From an uncultured Verrucomicrobiae bacterium (GTDB lineage Bacteria > Verrucomicrobiota > Verrucomicrobiia > Chthoniobacterales > JAFAMB01), in assembly GCA_963837955.1 (NCBI GenBank), contig CAWIPH010000001.1, forward strand, positions 32,001 to 96,000: DNA of 64,000 nt, read 5' to 3'. The first letter of the stretch is position 1. Each line of letters begins with the position of its first letter. Both the position numbers and the translations under genes were made by a program. A model generated the notes under the pieces. It worked only from the letters and a program-made list of their open reading frames with translations. It did not search any database and was not told where the DNA came from. Of this stretch, positions 1 through 9,620 are shown one piece after another.

Positions 1-187
1 TGCGCGGGCCACTTCCTTAAAAGAAATTGCCCGGATTACGGTTTCTAACCCGGATCTGAATGATGATACCGAACAACTGTTCGAGACGATTGTTCAAAGT
101 ACCGGCGATGCGAACCTGCGGCAGATTGTGGATATGGCGCGCAATTTCCTGGCGCTCGAAAAGCAAAGCAGCCGGAAACGCTCCTGA
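1..187 (+). CDS. 3' end of a CDS entering the window, product unknown
   Basis: Frame from nt 2 is open (ARATSLKEIARITVSNPDLNDD...EKQSSRKRS) to TGA at 185-187 and reads as a helical protein. Confidence 0.55.
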   Translation, partial: ARATSLKEIARITVSNPDLNDDTEQLFETIVQSTGDANLRQIVDMARNFLALEKQSSRKRS

Positions 188-215
188 GGGAAGGCGTTCT
201 CACCAAATTGAAAGC

Positions 216-575
216 CTAGGCGACCTCGACCGGACCATGGTCGTCACAATGATCGCCATGGGGATGGTGCAAGTGGTCATCGACGAGGTAGTCGACGTGG
301 TCGCCGTGAGGCACCGCCTCGTGCCCGCAATCGGGTCCGTGTCTGTGTGCGACCTCGTGGCCGCCACACTTGTGATCGGGCGTGCAGCGTTCAGGATTCT
401 TTGTAGTGACCTCCAGGACATGCTCCTCAACCAGGGTTGAGCCAGGCTCCCCCACCGGATGATGGAGGTGGCCGTCATGAAGATAATCGACATGACCGCC
501 GTGTTTGATGCCGATGTGGCCGCAGTCTGAGCCGTGCTGATGACCGCCGTCGGGATGGCTGTTGGAATCGCTCAT
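216..575 (-). CDS. Small His/Cys-rich putative metal-binding protein
   Basis: Two copies of the motif H-G-x-D-C-G-H-x(4)-H-G-x-H-V-D-Y-L-x-D-x-H-L-H-H-P; start placed at MSDSNS. Confidence 0.8.
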   Translation of the reverse strand: MSDSNSHPDGGHQHGSDCGHIGIKHGGHVDYLHDGHLHHPVGEPGSTLVEEHVLEVTTKNPERCTPDHKCGGHEVAHRHGPDCGHEAVPHGDHVDYLVDDHLHHPHGDHCDDHGPVEVA

Positions 576-715
576 AAGATCGAGGTTGGTCAACCAACAG
601 CTTCGTCGATCTCAATCAGGACTCAAAGAAATTTCAACCGCGCCATGCCGCCGCCTACGAGGTAAAACCCTCGCTTGCGAACTTCGTCAATTTGCGCCGG
701 CCGCGGCCGGCCACG

Positions 716-841
716 ATGGGTGATTGGTGCTTGACGATTAGCAATGGTGAGAGGGACCCTTAAGAGGAGCCGCTCGAGATTTCTGCCGAGGATTTTGCCC
801 GATCGGCGTTCACCGATCACCTCTCACCAATCACTAATCAT
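716..841. repeat. Diverged copy of the heptamer-armed core element (other copies at about 42103 and 62771)
   Basis: GGTGATT-type left arm, core GAGATTTCTGCCGAGGATTTTGCCCGAT, right arm TCACCGATCACCTCTCACCAATCACTAATCA. Confidence 0.6.
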
Positions 842-1019
842 TGCTGCTCCCGGCCTCGACCCGTCGGGCCTTCTCTGACGGTCCCTCGAGCGGTCGGACC
901 CAAACAAATCTCAACCAGAGAATGCGTGTCTAATACTCGTTTTGGAGTAAAATGGAATGAGAAACAGTTTCCGATCGATCCCTCTCGGTGTCAGACCGTA
1001 ATTTCTTATAGAGCCGTAC

Positions 1020-2336
1020 ATGAAAACTAACTCTGCGGATCGGTGGACCCGCGCCAGTCTCGAGCCAGCTTTGGTCGAGCTCAGCGCTGCCAACGAAATG
1101 CAGGAATTTTGGGAGGCCACCAAAGCAGTCCTGCACCTGGCACTCCCGATTCAGTTCTGTTGCCTCTGTTTCCGGCCATTTCTTGTTATGCCTCCGACGG
1201 TGTTCCGAGAACGCGCTCCGTTCTTGGACAACGCAGACTTGCAGCGCTTTCAAGAGTTGTGCCCCTTTAGTTCTTACGTCGAGCATCATCCCGGCATCCG
1301 GGTGCTCCGGTTAAGTGACGTCATTGAGACTTCCACTTTAGTGAAAACCGAATTCTTCCGCTTGTTTATGCGGCCATCTGGTGACCGCTATCAGGCGTAC
1401 CTCATTCTCTGGGAGTCGGATGTCTTTCAAGGATTGGTTGGGCTCCATCGGAGTGCGCAGCAGCGGGATTTTACCGACACGGAGATTCACCTGCTCGACC
1501 AATTACATCCGCATTTCCAGAATGCCGGGAAGCGGGTACTGGCATCGCATCGAGAAAAAGCCAAAAGGATGTCTCTAGAGATTTTGCTCGGTAGGTTACC
1601 AATTGCCACCATCGTTCTCGATTGGGATCTCAGAGTAACTTACCGCAATGGAGCAGCCGAAGAACTTGGAGTCCATTGGAATCTGGGTGCTCAAGCTGCG
1701 CGGAGTCTGAAACCAAGCCAGAATTTCGAAATGCCGCCCGAAATTATCGATAGTTGCCGCAGACTCAAAGACACGTGGCATCGTGGCGATAGCCGTTCTT
1801 ATCCGTTGGGCAATGGGAGCGATCTCGTCATTGAGCACCAGACCGTCTCTGGGCTTCGGGCGACAGTGAATCTGTTGCAGATGGACGCCGCGCCATTAAG
1901 CTTGCCGATGTTCCTGGTCAGACTTGAAAGCCGGGACGGTTGTCTGGGCGAAAGCGACGAAAATCTCACCGGCAGCCAACTTGCTTTGTGGGCCAACCTG
2001 AGCCGGAGCGAGCAACGGGTAGCGTGGCTAGCGAGTCAAGGGCACCGGAACGCGGAAATCGCTCAACGTTTGAACAAGAGCGCCTTGACCGTGAAAAAAC
2101 AACTTCAATCGGTCTACCAGAAGCTCGATGTGAGCGGTCGCAATCGGCTGATCGCGATATTACGTTCAGTCGACAATCCCAATGTCAAAAGACAGCAGCT
2201 AGCGGACAAAGCAGCCGAACACGCGATTCCAATGAGAGTTGGAAGTCGAATTTCGCCCACCGTGCCAAAAGGGAGCATTCATCGATTTTCTGTTTCCCAT
2301 CGCGGCAAACCAATAAGCTCGGAAACTCAGGCGTGA
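1020..2336 (+). CDS. LuxR-family transcriptional regulator with N-terminal GAF/PAS-like sensor region
   Basis: C-terminal LSRSEQRVAWLASQGHRNAEIAQRLNKSALTVKKQLQSVYQKLDVSGR is a LuxR HTH; RDFTDTEIHLLDQLHPH is a GAF-type helix. Confidence 0.85.
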   Translation: MKTNSADRWTRASLEPALVELSAANEMQEFWEATKAVLHLALPIQFCCLCFRPFLVMPPTVFRERAPFLDNADLQRFQELCPFSSYVEHHPGIRVLRLSDVIETSTLVKTEFFRLFMRPSGDRYQAYLILWESDVFQGLVGLHRSAQQRDFTDTEIHLLDQLHPHFQNAGKRVLASHREKAKRMSLEILLGRLPIATIVLDWDLRVTYRNGAAEELGVHWNLGAQAARSLKPSQNFEMPPEIIDSCRRLKDTWHRGDSRSYPLGNGSDLVIEHQTVSGLRATVNLLQMDAAPLSLPMFLVRLESRDGCLGESDENLTGSQLALWANLSRSEQRVAWLASQGHRNAEIAQRLNKSALTVKKQLQSVYQKLDVSGRNRLIAILRSVDNPNVKRQQLADKAAEHAIPMRVGSRISPTVPKGSIHRFSVSHRGKPISSETQA

Positions 2337-2482
2337 GCGCCGGCAAGTTGGCGTGATCGCCAAACGGTCGCTCAAAGAGAAGCGCTCGAAGAGTGTTAAG
2401 CGTGCCAGAAATGGAACGCTCATAAACTTTTTAGAGACAAGCCCTTTCTGCCTCTCCCCAAGCAATCTCATCGATACGGGCC

Positions 2483-2743
2483 TCAAAATCCAAGCTGCCA
2501 TTCCGCCGCTAAGATTTCTTCGGCCTTCCGGATTGCCTGCTCGACGAAAGGACAATCTCTTGTGGACCACCGCACTGACGCGTCCCAGCGCTCATCTGGC
2601 TGGATACGCGTGAGGCTTTGAATACACAAATTCCAACTCTTTCCATCAACCCACAATTCTGCCGTTCTCCCATTGTGCGAGCAGGATCGGCCCGCAGCCG
2701 TATCTGGGGACCGTTCCCAATAGAGACGCAACTTACTAAACAT
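2483..2743 (-). CDS. Hypothetical small protein
   Basis: 86-aa ATG ORF in an otherwise empty intergenic gap; no family recognised. Confidence 0.35.
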   Translation of the reverse strand: MFSKLRLYWERSPDTAAGRSCSHNGRTAELWVDGKSWNLCIQSLTRIQPDERWDASVRWSTRDCPFVEQAIRKAEEILAAEWQLGF

Positions 2744-2888
2744 TCAGTATCCAGATACACAGCAGGATTCGTGCGAGGCGATCAAAGGAAGTTTCGGCGT
2801 ATTTCTCGCCTAGATAACCGCCTCAATGTCTTGATAGGTCTTTACGCGAGATACTGGCTGCGCGAAATATGTACGCCTCTTCTAAGTT

Positions 2889-3755
2889 ATGAATCCTATC
2901 GGAATGCACTACGGATACTGGACCCAATACTGGGGCTCAGAGCCAATTGAGTTTGTCAAAAGAGCGAAAAAATGCGGTTTCGACGTTTTGGAGGTCAACG
3001 CGCCCAAAGTTACGCGCATGAGCGATGCGGAGCGGGACGTACTCAAAGGCGCCGTCGCGGATGCCGGCCTCAGTCTCACTTATAGCATTGGTATGACGGC
3101 CGATATGGACCTGGTGTCGGAGGATACTGCGACCCGGCAGAAAGGAGTCGCTTTTCTTCAGGAAGTGGCGCGAGCAATGAAATATATGGGAGGCACCGTA
3201 TTGGCCGGAATCAACTACAGCTCATGGCCGCGTAAATTATTGCCCGGCGAAGATAAGCATGTTCTTACCGACCGCGCGATCGAGGGCGTGCGAGAAGCGA
3301 TCAAAGCCGCCGAGGATAATGAAGTCATCTTCTGCGTCGAAGTCGTCAATCGCTTCGAGCAATTCATCATGAACACCGCCGCCGAAGGTATTGCTTTTGC
3401 AGAACGGGTCGGCAGCCCGAACTGCAAAATCCTGCTCGATACCTTTCACATGAACATCGAGGAAGACAGCCTTCGTGGGTCCATCGTCGAGGCCGGGAAT
3501 TGGCTCGGTCATTTCCACCTCGGCGAAACCAATCGCCGCCCTCCCGGACGGGGTCGAATACCGTGGCCAGAAATTTTCGGTGCCTTGCGCGAAATCAACT
3601 ATCAGGGCGCAGTCGTCATGGAGCCATTCCTTCTTCCTGGCGGCGAAGTCGGGCGCGACATTTCGGTCTATCGCGACCTCCTGGGCAGCGCCGACCTTGA
3701 TGAAGAAGCCGCCCGCTCGGCCCAGTTTGTCCGATCGGAACAGAAGAAATTTTAG
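2889..3755 (+). CDS. D-psicose/D-tagatose 3-epimerase family sugar epimerase
   Basis: Metal-site motifs EVVNRFE, DTFHMNIEE, HLGETNRR and MEPF; N-terminal GMHYGYW. Confidence 0.9.
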   Translation: MNPIGMHYGYWTQYWGSEPIEFVKRAKKCGFDVLEVNAPKVTRMSDAERDVLKGAVADAGLSLTYSIGMTADMDLVSEDTATRQKGVAFLQEVARAMKYMGGTVLAGINYSSWPRKLLPGEDKHVLTDRAIEGVREAIKAAEDNEVIFCVEVVNRFEQFIMNTAAEGIAFAERVGSPNCKILLDTFHMNIEEDSLRGSIVEAGNWLGHFHLGETNRRPPGRGRIPWPEIFGALREINYQGAVVMEPFLLPGGEVGRDISVYRDLLGSADLDEEAARSAQFVRSEQKKF

Positions 3756-3907
3756 GACGAGCCTGGGGATCTCACGCCAAGGTTTTCGGATTAAAGATTT
3801 GAACCTCACGCAAAGACGCCAAGACGCAAAGTTTTTTGGATTAGAGGGAAGAAACTGACAGTTTTACCGCGTTCGGGTCTTCGGCGCGGGAGCTCGGTCA
3901 GCGTAGC

Positions 3908-4204
3908 TTACTCGAAATCGTATACGACCACCTTCGTCCAGAGCGCTTTGCACTGATCCACGAACTCCAAATGCATCGGATGATCTTGATAATTGTCCTG
4001 CGCTTTCTTGGTCTCGAACTGAATATTTAGCCCCACTTGGTAACTTTGATCGACGACATCGCGATGGCTGCTCACCATTTTTCCGACATGGAAGTTTACG
4101 GCGCCCGGAATAGACGCCAGGTATTTCTTCGCGCCGGCGATCACTTCGTCCGGTGCGTTGGGCTTGGCAGGATCGGTCCAGAAGATAACGACATGCGAAA
4201 ACAT
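3908..4204 (-). CDS. Dabb (stress-responsive A/B barrel) family protein
   Basis: MFSHVVIFW...YQDHPMHLEFV...VVYDF. Confidence 0.85.
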   Translation of the reverse strand: MFSHVVIFWTDPAKPNAPDEVIAGAKKYLASIPGAVNFHVGKMVSSHRDVVDQSYQVGLNIQFETKKAQDNYQDHPMHLEFVDQCKALWTKVVVYDFE

Positions 4205-4453
4205 TTGGCGATTGTATTAGCGATTTTCCATTCTGGCGCAATCCCTGAATAAACCACCAGCACCCACCGCCTCGATATCTCTTTGTTCTCGTCGTTGCCT
4301 TCTGTCAGAGGTATTCGAGTACAACTCCGAACGCATTCGTTAGGGTCAAGATCGACCGCGCGGAGTGCTCGCGCTGAATTGTTGACCTGTTCTGGAATTA
4401 GAATCACAAATACTGGCATAAATCGGTCGAGTATCGCGACTGGGCCTCGCCAA

Positions 4454-5287
4454 ATGAGCGAAACAATGAATCATCCGCCGTTGCTGCTGCTTGCACTCGA
4501 TGTCGATGGGACCCTGCTGGATAGCGCTCACCAGCTAAGGTCTAACGTGAAAGACTCCTTAGATCGGTTGGCTGCATCCGGTGTTAAAATCGTCTTGGCA
4601 ACAGCTCGGGGTCCGCAGGCTCTGGGTTTGATCGTACGCCAGCTAAGTTTTTCGCCTCTGTTAATCTGTTTTTCCGGAGGTTGGATTGGTGAATTGCAAT
4701 CGCTGCAGCCGGCGAACGTCCTGCTGGACAAGCGGCTGACCCCGTCCGCAGCCAGGGTTATCGTGACGGCTGCTTTAGCCTACGAGCTCGAGCCAAACGT
4801 CTATACTCCCACCGAGTGGCGGGTCCGTGCCCTAACACCGGAGATTCGAGCTGAATGCGCGATCGTTGAGTCTTCTCCGCTGGTTACTCCAAGTCTGTTG
4901 GGCGACAATGAAAAGCCTAGTAAGATCATGCTGGTTGCCGGCGACGACGAGCATACGAAGCTGCTTCGGATAATAGCTGATTTAATCAAGCCGTTGAGCG
5001 GTACGACTTTCTCGAAGCCTAACTATCTTGAGATCATTGCCATGGGTGTGAATAAGGCAAAAGCCTTGGCCAGCGTGGCGCAAACCTTTGGAATAGAATT
5101 GTCGCAGGTTGCGGCTATCGGCGATGGATTGAATGATTTGGAAATGCTGAAGGAAGTCGGCCTCGGAATTGCCATGGGCAATGCATCCGAGATCGTGAAG
5201 TCCGCAGCCAAGTGGGTTACCGGCACGAACGACGAAGAGGGTGTCGCCCAGGCAGTGCAGAGGCTGGTGAACGAGGGGTTGGTTTGA
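4454..5287 (+). CDS. Cof-type HAD-IIB hydrolase
   Basis: LDVDGTLL, LATARG, GVNKAKAL, IGDGLNDLEML, AMGNA. Confidence 0.92.
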   Translation: MSETMNHPPLLLLALDVDGTLLDSAHQLRSNVKDSLDRLAASGVKIVLATARGPQALGLIVRQLSFSPLLICFSGGWIGELQSLQPANVLLDKRLTPSAARVIVTAALAYELEPNVYTPTEWRVRALTPEIRAECAIVESSPLVTPSLLGDNEKPSKIMLVAGDDEHTKLLRIIADLIKPLSGTTFSKPNYLEIIAMGVNKAKALASVAQTFGIELSQVAAIGDGLNDLEMLKEVGLGIAMGNASEIVKSAAKWVTGTNDEEGVAQAVQRLVNEGLV

Positions 5288-5448
5288 CTAAAATGGGTAA
5301 AATCGGAGGAGACTGGTCCCGTAGGGACGCAATGAAAGTAGCCCAGCACGAAGTGCTGGGTGAGGCATTGAAAGACAGCCCCGTCCCGGAGGGACGATCG
5401 ATAACCGTTTACGTTCGCTAACTTAACGGCATTTTCAATCGTCCCTGA

Positions 5449-6919
5449 GGGGCTTGTCGGACTTTTCAATTGGGTAGCAGATCTGGTAAAAAGGTGGATG
5501 CCAGAGCGATATGTAGTCATTGATCGGCAGACGCCGATGTTGTTGCCGGTCGATTTGCGAGATTGGGTGGCAAAGGATGATTTGGCGCGCTTGATAGCGG
5601 AGGCGGTCGATCAATGCGATCTACGGCTAGCTTGTACCAATGAGCGGGGTAGCGGTAGTGCGCAGTATCCGCCTGGAATGATGTTGGGCTTACTGATTTA
5701 CGCTTATGCGCGAGGAGTATTTTCTTCCCGGCGCATCGAACAACTCAGTTACGAAAGCCTTTCGGTGCGTTACTTGTGTGGCAACACCCATCCGGATCAC
5801 GATACCATCGCGAAGTTTCGGCGAGAGAACGGAGCGTTATTTCGAGAGTGTTTCCGTAGCGTGTTATTGTTGGCGCGGGAATTAGGATTGGTTCGAGTGG
5901 GCAAGCTAGCAGTGGATGGAACGCGACTGGAAGCCAACGCCAATCGCCATCGCTTCAGCACGCGGGAGCAATTAGAGCAAGAAAGGGCTCGAGTCGAAGA
6001 GCTCATTAGCGAGCTGATCCAACGAGGGGAAGCGGCTGATCAAGCTGAAGAGGGCGAAGCAGAGACTGAAGGCTTGCCAGCGGAGTTAGCCGATGGGCAA
6101 AAGCGCCGTAAGGCCATCAAAGAAGCTCTAGAGCGCATCAAGCAACGAGAAGCCCAGCAGCAAGCCGAAAAAGAGCAATTAGCCCAGAGCGGTCGTCAGA
6201 GCCAGGCCAAGGAGGTACGGATGAATTTGACCGATCCAGACTGTGGGATCTTACACCGTAAAGGGGCAGGTACAGTCATTGGCTATAACGCCCAAATTGG
6301 AGTCGATATCCAAGGTGCAGGCCTGATTGTGACTAATGCCGTCAGTGCCAAAGGGGGCGACGCGGAGTTATTGAACCAAGTCCTTGAGCAGCTCGCTCCC
6401 GAGTTAGGAGCAGTAAAGGAAGTGGTCGTCGATTGTGGCTATGAGAGCGGACCCAAAGCCTATGAGCTGGAAAAGAGCCTTGGCACCAAAGTCTATTATC
6501 CTCCCCGTCCGATCCAAGTCAGTGCTAGTGGACCAAAACATCGCAACAGCCATAGGCAACGCTTGGCGCGACACATGCGTTATTTAATCAAAAAACGCAT
6601 CGAGTCCCCCCACGGACAGTGGTTGCAACGTCGGCGCCAAACGGTAGCTGAGGGTGCTTTTGGTTTTATCAAACGCGCGTTGGGCTTTCAGCGCTTCAGT
6701 CTACGCGGCTTGCAAAAAGTTCAGACCGAATGGCAACTAGTCTGCTTGGCCTTTAACCTGCGCAAACTGGCCTAAAGAAAACAAAAAGGCTCTGCACCTA
6801 CCCGCAGCTCCCTTCGCGGAAAATTACGGCTTACCTCAAAGCTGATCGCAATCCTCCCCTTTACCGTCTCCCTTCCGCCAAAAAAAAGCGGAAAAAACAT
6901 CACGAAGTCCGACGGCCCC
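5449..6919 (+). mobile_element. IS1182-family insertion sequence, copy 1 (1471 bp)
   Basis: Ends GGGGCTTGTCGGACTT and AAGTCCGACGGCCCC form imperfect IRs; boundaries are defined by identity with the copy at 30957-32427. Confidence 0.9.
5498..6775 (+). CDS. IS1182-family DDE transposase
   Basis: YPPGMMLGLLIYAY, SSRRIE, PDHDTIAKFRR (DUF772-like region); VDGTRLEANA, GYNAQ, VDCGY, RRQTVAEGAFGFIK, CLAFNL. Confidence 0.93.
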   Translation: MPERYVVIDRQTPMLLPVDLRDWVAKDDLARLIAEAVDQCDLRLACTNERGSGSAQYPPGMMLGLLIYAYARGVFSSRRIEQLSYESLSVRYLCGNTHPDHDTIAKFRRENGALFRECFRSVLLLARELGLVRVGKLAVDGTRLEANANRHRFSTREQLEQERARVEELISELIQRGEAADQAEEGEAETEGLPAELADGQKRRKAIKEALERIKQREAQQQAEKEQLAQSGRQSQAKEVRMNLTDPDCGILHRKGAGTVIGYNAQIGVDIQGAGLIVTNAVSAKGGDAELLNQVLEQLAPELGAVKEVVVDCGYESGPKAYELEKSLGTKVYYPPRPIQVSASGPKHRNSHRQRLARHMRYLIKKRIESPHGQWLQRRRQTVAEGAFGFIKRALGFQRFSLRGLQKVQTEWQLVCLAFNLRKLA

Positions 6920-7078
6920 CTTCGGGACGGGGCCGTCTTTGGTTCAATCCCCAGCAATAAATTGCTGGGCTACTTTTCATCGCGTCCCTACGAGACCAGT
7001 CTTCTCACAATGCGTGCCTAGCCTAGGCAATTTAGTATTATGCTGACGCAGGTGCGCGGCCGGGCAGACTGTTTGACT

Positions 7079-7702
7079 TTATCCACCGACGCCTTTGACT
7101 CCTAGCTCCTGAACTCTCCCTTCGAGCTCTTCGATCCGCTTTTTGAGTAGCTCTACCACGCTGCGAACTTCTTCTTCGGTGAATCTCGGCGTGATATATT
7201 GCGAGCAATTCCAATCAAACGCCTCCACATGAATGATGATTCCACGCTCCACTTTGGAGGGAAGATCGGCGGTCTCCAGACGCTTGAGTAGGTCCGGATT
7301 TTCAGCGCCCTCCACCAGAGTCGCTCGTCCGAAAATTTTAAGGCGCTCCTGCGCCCGAAAATCGATTAGAAAAAGAGAAACCCTGGGATCCTGCGAAATA
7401 TTGCCGAAAGAGAGGTATTGCCGGTTCCCGCTAAACTCGGGGAATCCGACCGTGGTTGGATCCAGAACTTTGAGAAACCCTTTGGGGCCGCCCCGATGTT
7501 GAACATAGGGCCAGCCAGTCTCATTAACCGAAGCCAGAAAAAGGGTGTCCTGAGCCTCGATAAACGCGATCTCTGCGGGTCCGAGCTGGTGATGAACGAT
7601 CGGTCCGCCCTCTCGCCTGGCATAAGCCGAACGACTGCCCAAGCGTTCCTGCACGTGTTTGACACTGTCAGTGGCTGCGATCTGGAGATATTTACTTGCC
7701 AT
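7079..7702 (-). CDS. Pyridoxamine 5'-phosphate oxidase-like FMN-binding protein
   Basis: GWPYVQHRGGPKGFLKVLD, GNRQYLSFGN, EAFDWNCSQYITPRF. Confidence 0.88.
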   Translation of the reverse strand: MASKYLQIAATDSVKHVQERLGSRSAYARREGGPIVHHQLGPAEIAFIEAQDTLFLASVNETGWPYVQHRGGPKGFLKVLDPTTVGFPEFSGNRQYLSFGNISQDPRVSLFLIDFRAQERLKIFGRATLVEGAENPDLLKRLETADLPSKVERGIIIHVEAFDWNCSQYITPRFTEEEVRSVVELLKKRIEELEGRVQELGVKGVGG

Positions 7703-7743
7703 ACTAACGATCCTTCTTGCCAAGTTTAGGATGTTATGCGAAC

Positions 7744-7761
7744 ATACAGACAGGTCTGTAT
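7744..7761. promoter_or_regulatory. Putative TetR operator
   Basis: Perfect 8-bp inverted repeat ATACAGAC-AG-GTCTGTAT between the divergent PNPOx and TetR genes. Confidence 0.7.
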
Positions 7762-7804
7762 ACTAGCAAGTCATAATTGCTCCTCGGTTTAACCCCGCCT
7801 TCTG

Positions 7805-8428
7805 ATGACCAAAATGAACCGCGCACCAGCCATCCAAAACTCCGTAAATCCTCAAGGTAAGCGGGACCAGCTCATTGAGACCGCCTGGAGGTTGTTCTAT
7901 CGCGACGGCTACCACGCCACCGGGATCGATCGGATTCTGGCCGAAGCTAAAGTGGCTAAAATGACGCTCTATAACCACTTCCGGTCCAAAGAAGAGCTCA
8001 TTCTCGCCGTGCTGGAGAAGCGTAACCGCGAAATTCTCACATCTTTACACCAATTTCTCGAAGCGAAGAAACGGTCTCCGGAGAAACGGCTGGAGGCGGT
8101 CTTTGATTGGTTAGTCGCTTGGATCGGGAGCAAGGATTTTCGTGGTTGCGCTTTTCTAAAAGCGATGGCCGAGTACCAAAACCTTGACGATCCAATCCAC
8201 CAGGCTGCCCTGGCGCACAAGGTTACCCTGACAACTGAAATACGCCGCCTGGTTATAGCGGCTGGTTTGAAGAGCCCCAAGAACTTACCAGAACAGCTGT
8301 CACTCTTGCGCGAAGGAGCAATCGTTCGGTCTCAAGCGCTCGGCAGTGTTACTCCAGCGCTTCGTGCACGCGAAGCGGCCAAGACACTCATCGCGGCCAA
8401 CAGGCGCACGGGAGCAGAAAGCAGATAG
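7805..8428 (+). CDS. TetR/AcrR family regulator
   Basis: LFYRDGYHATGIDRILAEAKVAKMTLYNHFRSKEELI; C-terminal FRGCAF. Confidence 0.93.
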   Translation: MTKMNRAPAIQNSVNPQGKRDQLIETAWRLFYRDGYHATGIDRILAEAKVAKMTLYNHFRSKEELILAVLEKRNREILTSLHQFLEAKKRSPEKRLEAVFDWLVAWIGSKDFRGCAFLKAMAEYQNLDDPIHQAALAHKVTLTTEIRRLVIAAGLKSPKNLPEQLSLLREGAIVRSQALGSVTPALRAREAAKTLIAANRRTGAESR

Positions 8429-8457
8429 CCAATAGCAGATAGCAGATAGCCAATAGC
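8413..8457. repeat. Heptamer tandem repeat (AGCAGAT/AGCCAAT) overlapping the TetR stop codon
   Basis: AGCAGAA AGCAGAT AGCCAAT AGCAGAT AGCAGAT AGCCAAT. Confidence 0.75.
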
Positions 8458-8629
8458 TGGACGGGCAACGGCTCACAGTCCGGCGCCTTACCGTGCGCTT
8501 TTTCTCGCCCCGTGTGCCGGACTGTATCGCCCTACCCGCGCGGGGTTGAGGTTCGCTCGGGCGTTGATCCTACGCGTGGCTCAAACCGGCTACCCAGAAA
8601 TGAGCTGCATTTGTTTCCCCATCTCATTC

Positions 8630-8720
8630 TGGCACCCTTTCGGGGTGGATCGCCTGGGATTATTCGTTTCCCGGGGGTTAAAACCTCGGCCTGGCTGACC
8701 CCTGATGCCCCTTCGGGGAG
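8630..8720. repeat. Degenerate REP-like palindromic cluster
   Basis: CACCCTTTCGGGGTG, CCCGGGGGTTAAAACCTCGG and CCCCTTCGGGG; related motifs at about 28795-28826 and 56519-56537. Confidence 0.5.
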
Positions 8721-8866
8721 GGTAGCATTTTGGATACGGTTTCGAGCGGGTTGACCGTTTCGGGCGGGCTGGAAATCCGCGGATCCCCGCTAAGCGATGC
8801 CACGTCAGCTATTAATCTTGTTCCTAGCGGCTTTTCATCTGCGCAACGGATGTTAGGATAAGGGCG

Positions 8867-9406
8867 ATGAATGCAAAGATGCTCTTGGCGCTTGCGCTAA
8901 GTACCCCCCTGTTCGTTTCATCCGCTGAAGCGATCGTGTTCCCGGTTCGGACAGACTCTGGACCGGTGACTTATAGTCTGGAGGTTCCTCCGGGAACGCC
9001 GGTCGGACCGAAAATAAAGCCGGATCCACAAGTTGCCTATTCTGCCAATTTCCCCATGACTGCCGGCTCGGCTGAAGTTGCCGCGGTCGGTTGGGCGGGT
9101 GGATTGGCAGATAAGGATACGTTTACTCCCTATCCCAATTCGGGGACGATCCTTGGCGGGAAAGTTCCGGGCGGTTTTTACAACGCCACTTTTATCAAGG
9201 TCGACCACGTCGAACGGGTAAACGGTCCGGTTCCTTATTACCTGGTCCAAATGAGAGGGAACGTCGCCGGCAGCGCGCAGACTTTTTATGCGGCTGTGCT
9301 CGACGATGGTAATCTCGTTCGCCCAGTACCGGTGAGTCGGGAAGTATATCACCCCGAAGGGCCTCACCCCCACCACGCCTTCCACAAACATCACCATCAC
9401 GCCTGA
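8867..9406 (+). CDS. Secreted hypothetical protein with His-rich C-terminus
   Basis: Signal peptide ending SAEA; C-terminus HPHHHAFHKHHHHA; followed by a terminator. Confidence 0.75.
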   Translation: MNAKMLLALALSTPLFVSSAEAIVFPVRTDSGPVTYSLEVPPGTPVGPKIKPDPQVAYSANFPMTAGSAEVAAVGWAGGLADKDTFTPYPNSGTILGGKVPGGFYNATFIKVDHVERVNGPVPYYLVQMRGNVAGSAQTFYAAVLDDGNLVRPVPVSREVYHPEGPHPHHAFHKHHHHA

Positions 9407-9436
9407 CTGAAATTAGCGGCCGAAAAAGCCGAACTC

Positions 9437-9480
9437 AACTGGTACTGTCTGGAGTCAGACGGTACCAGTTTTGTTTTTTT
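9437..9480 (+). terminator. Rho-independent terminator
   Basis: AACTGGTACTGTCTG-GAGT-CAGACGGTACCAGTT stem followed by TTGTTTTTTT. Confidence 0.85.
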
Positions 9481-9620
9481 AGATGCCCGTGAAGTTTTCG
9501 TCTTCCTGCACGAGCTTGCAGGCGCCCTCCTCCCCCTTCGGGGGATTGATCAAGCGCTTCCTTATGTTTGGCGCGCATACACCGCTCACAGTTCACCGTT
9601 TCTTCGGCATCTGTTATTTG

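Larger units (their letters stand above)
5306..7006. repeat. REP-like inverted-repeat host element interrupted by IS copy 1
   Basis: Left arm GACTGGTCCCGTAGGGACGCAATGAAAGTAGCCCAGCA...CCCGTCCCGGAGGGACGAT is approximately the reverse complement of the sequence following the IS (6920-7006). Confidence 0.8.

Noticed and set aside
60..440. Long antisense or overlapping ORFs (e.g. 60-440, 3237-3809, 16614-17285, 29482-30399, 45307-46020, 56733-57578)
   Set aside because: They are shadows of well-supported genes on the opposite strand in GC-rich DNA and carry no recognisable motifs.
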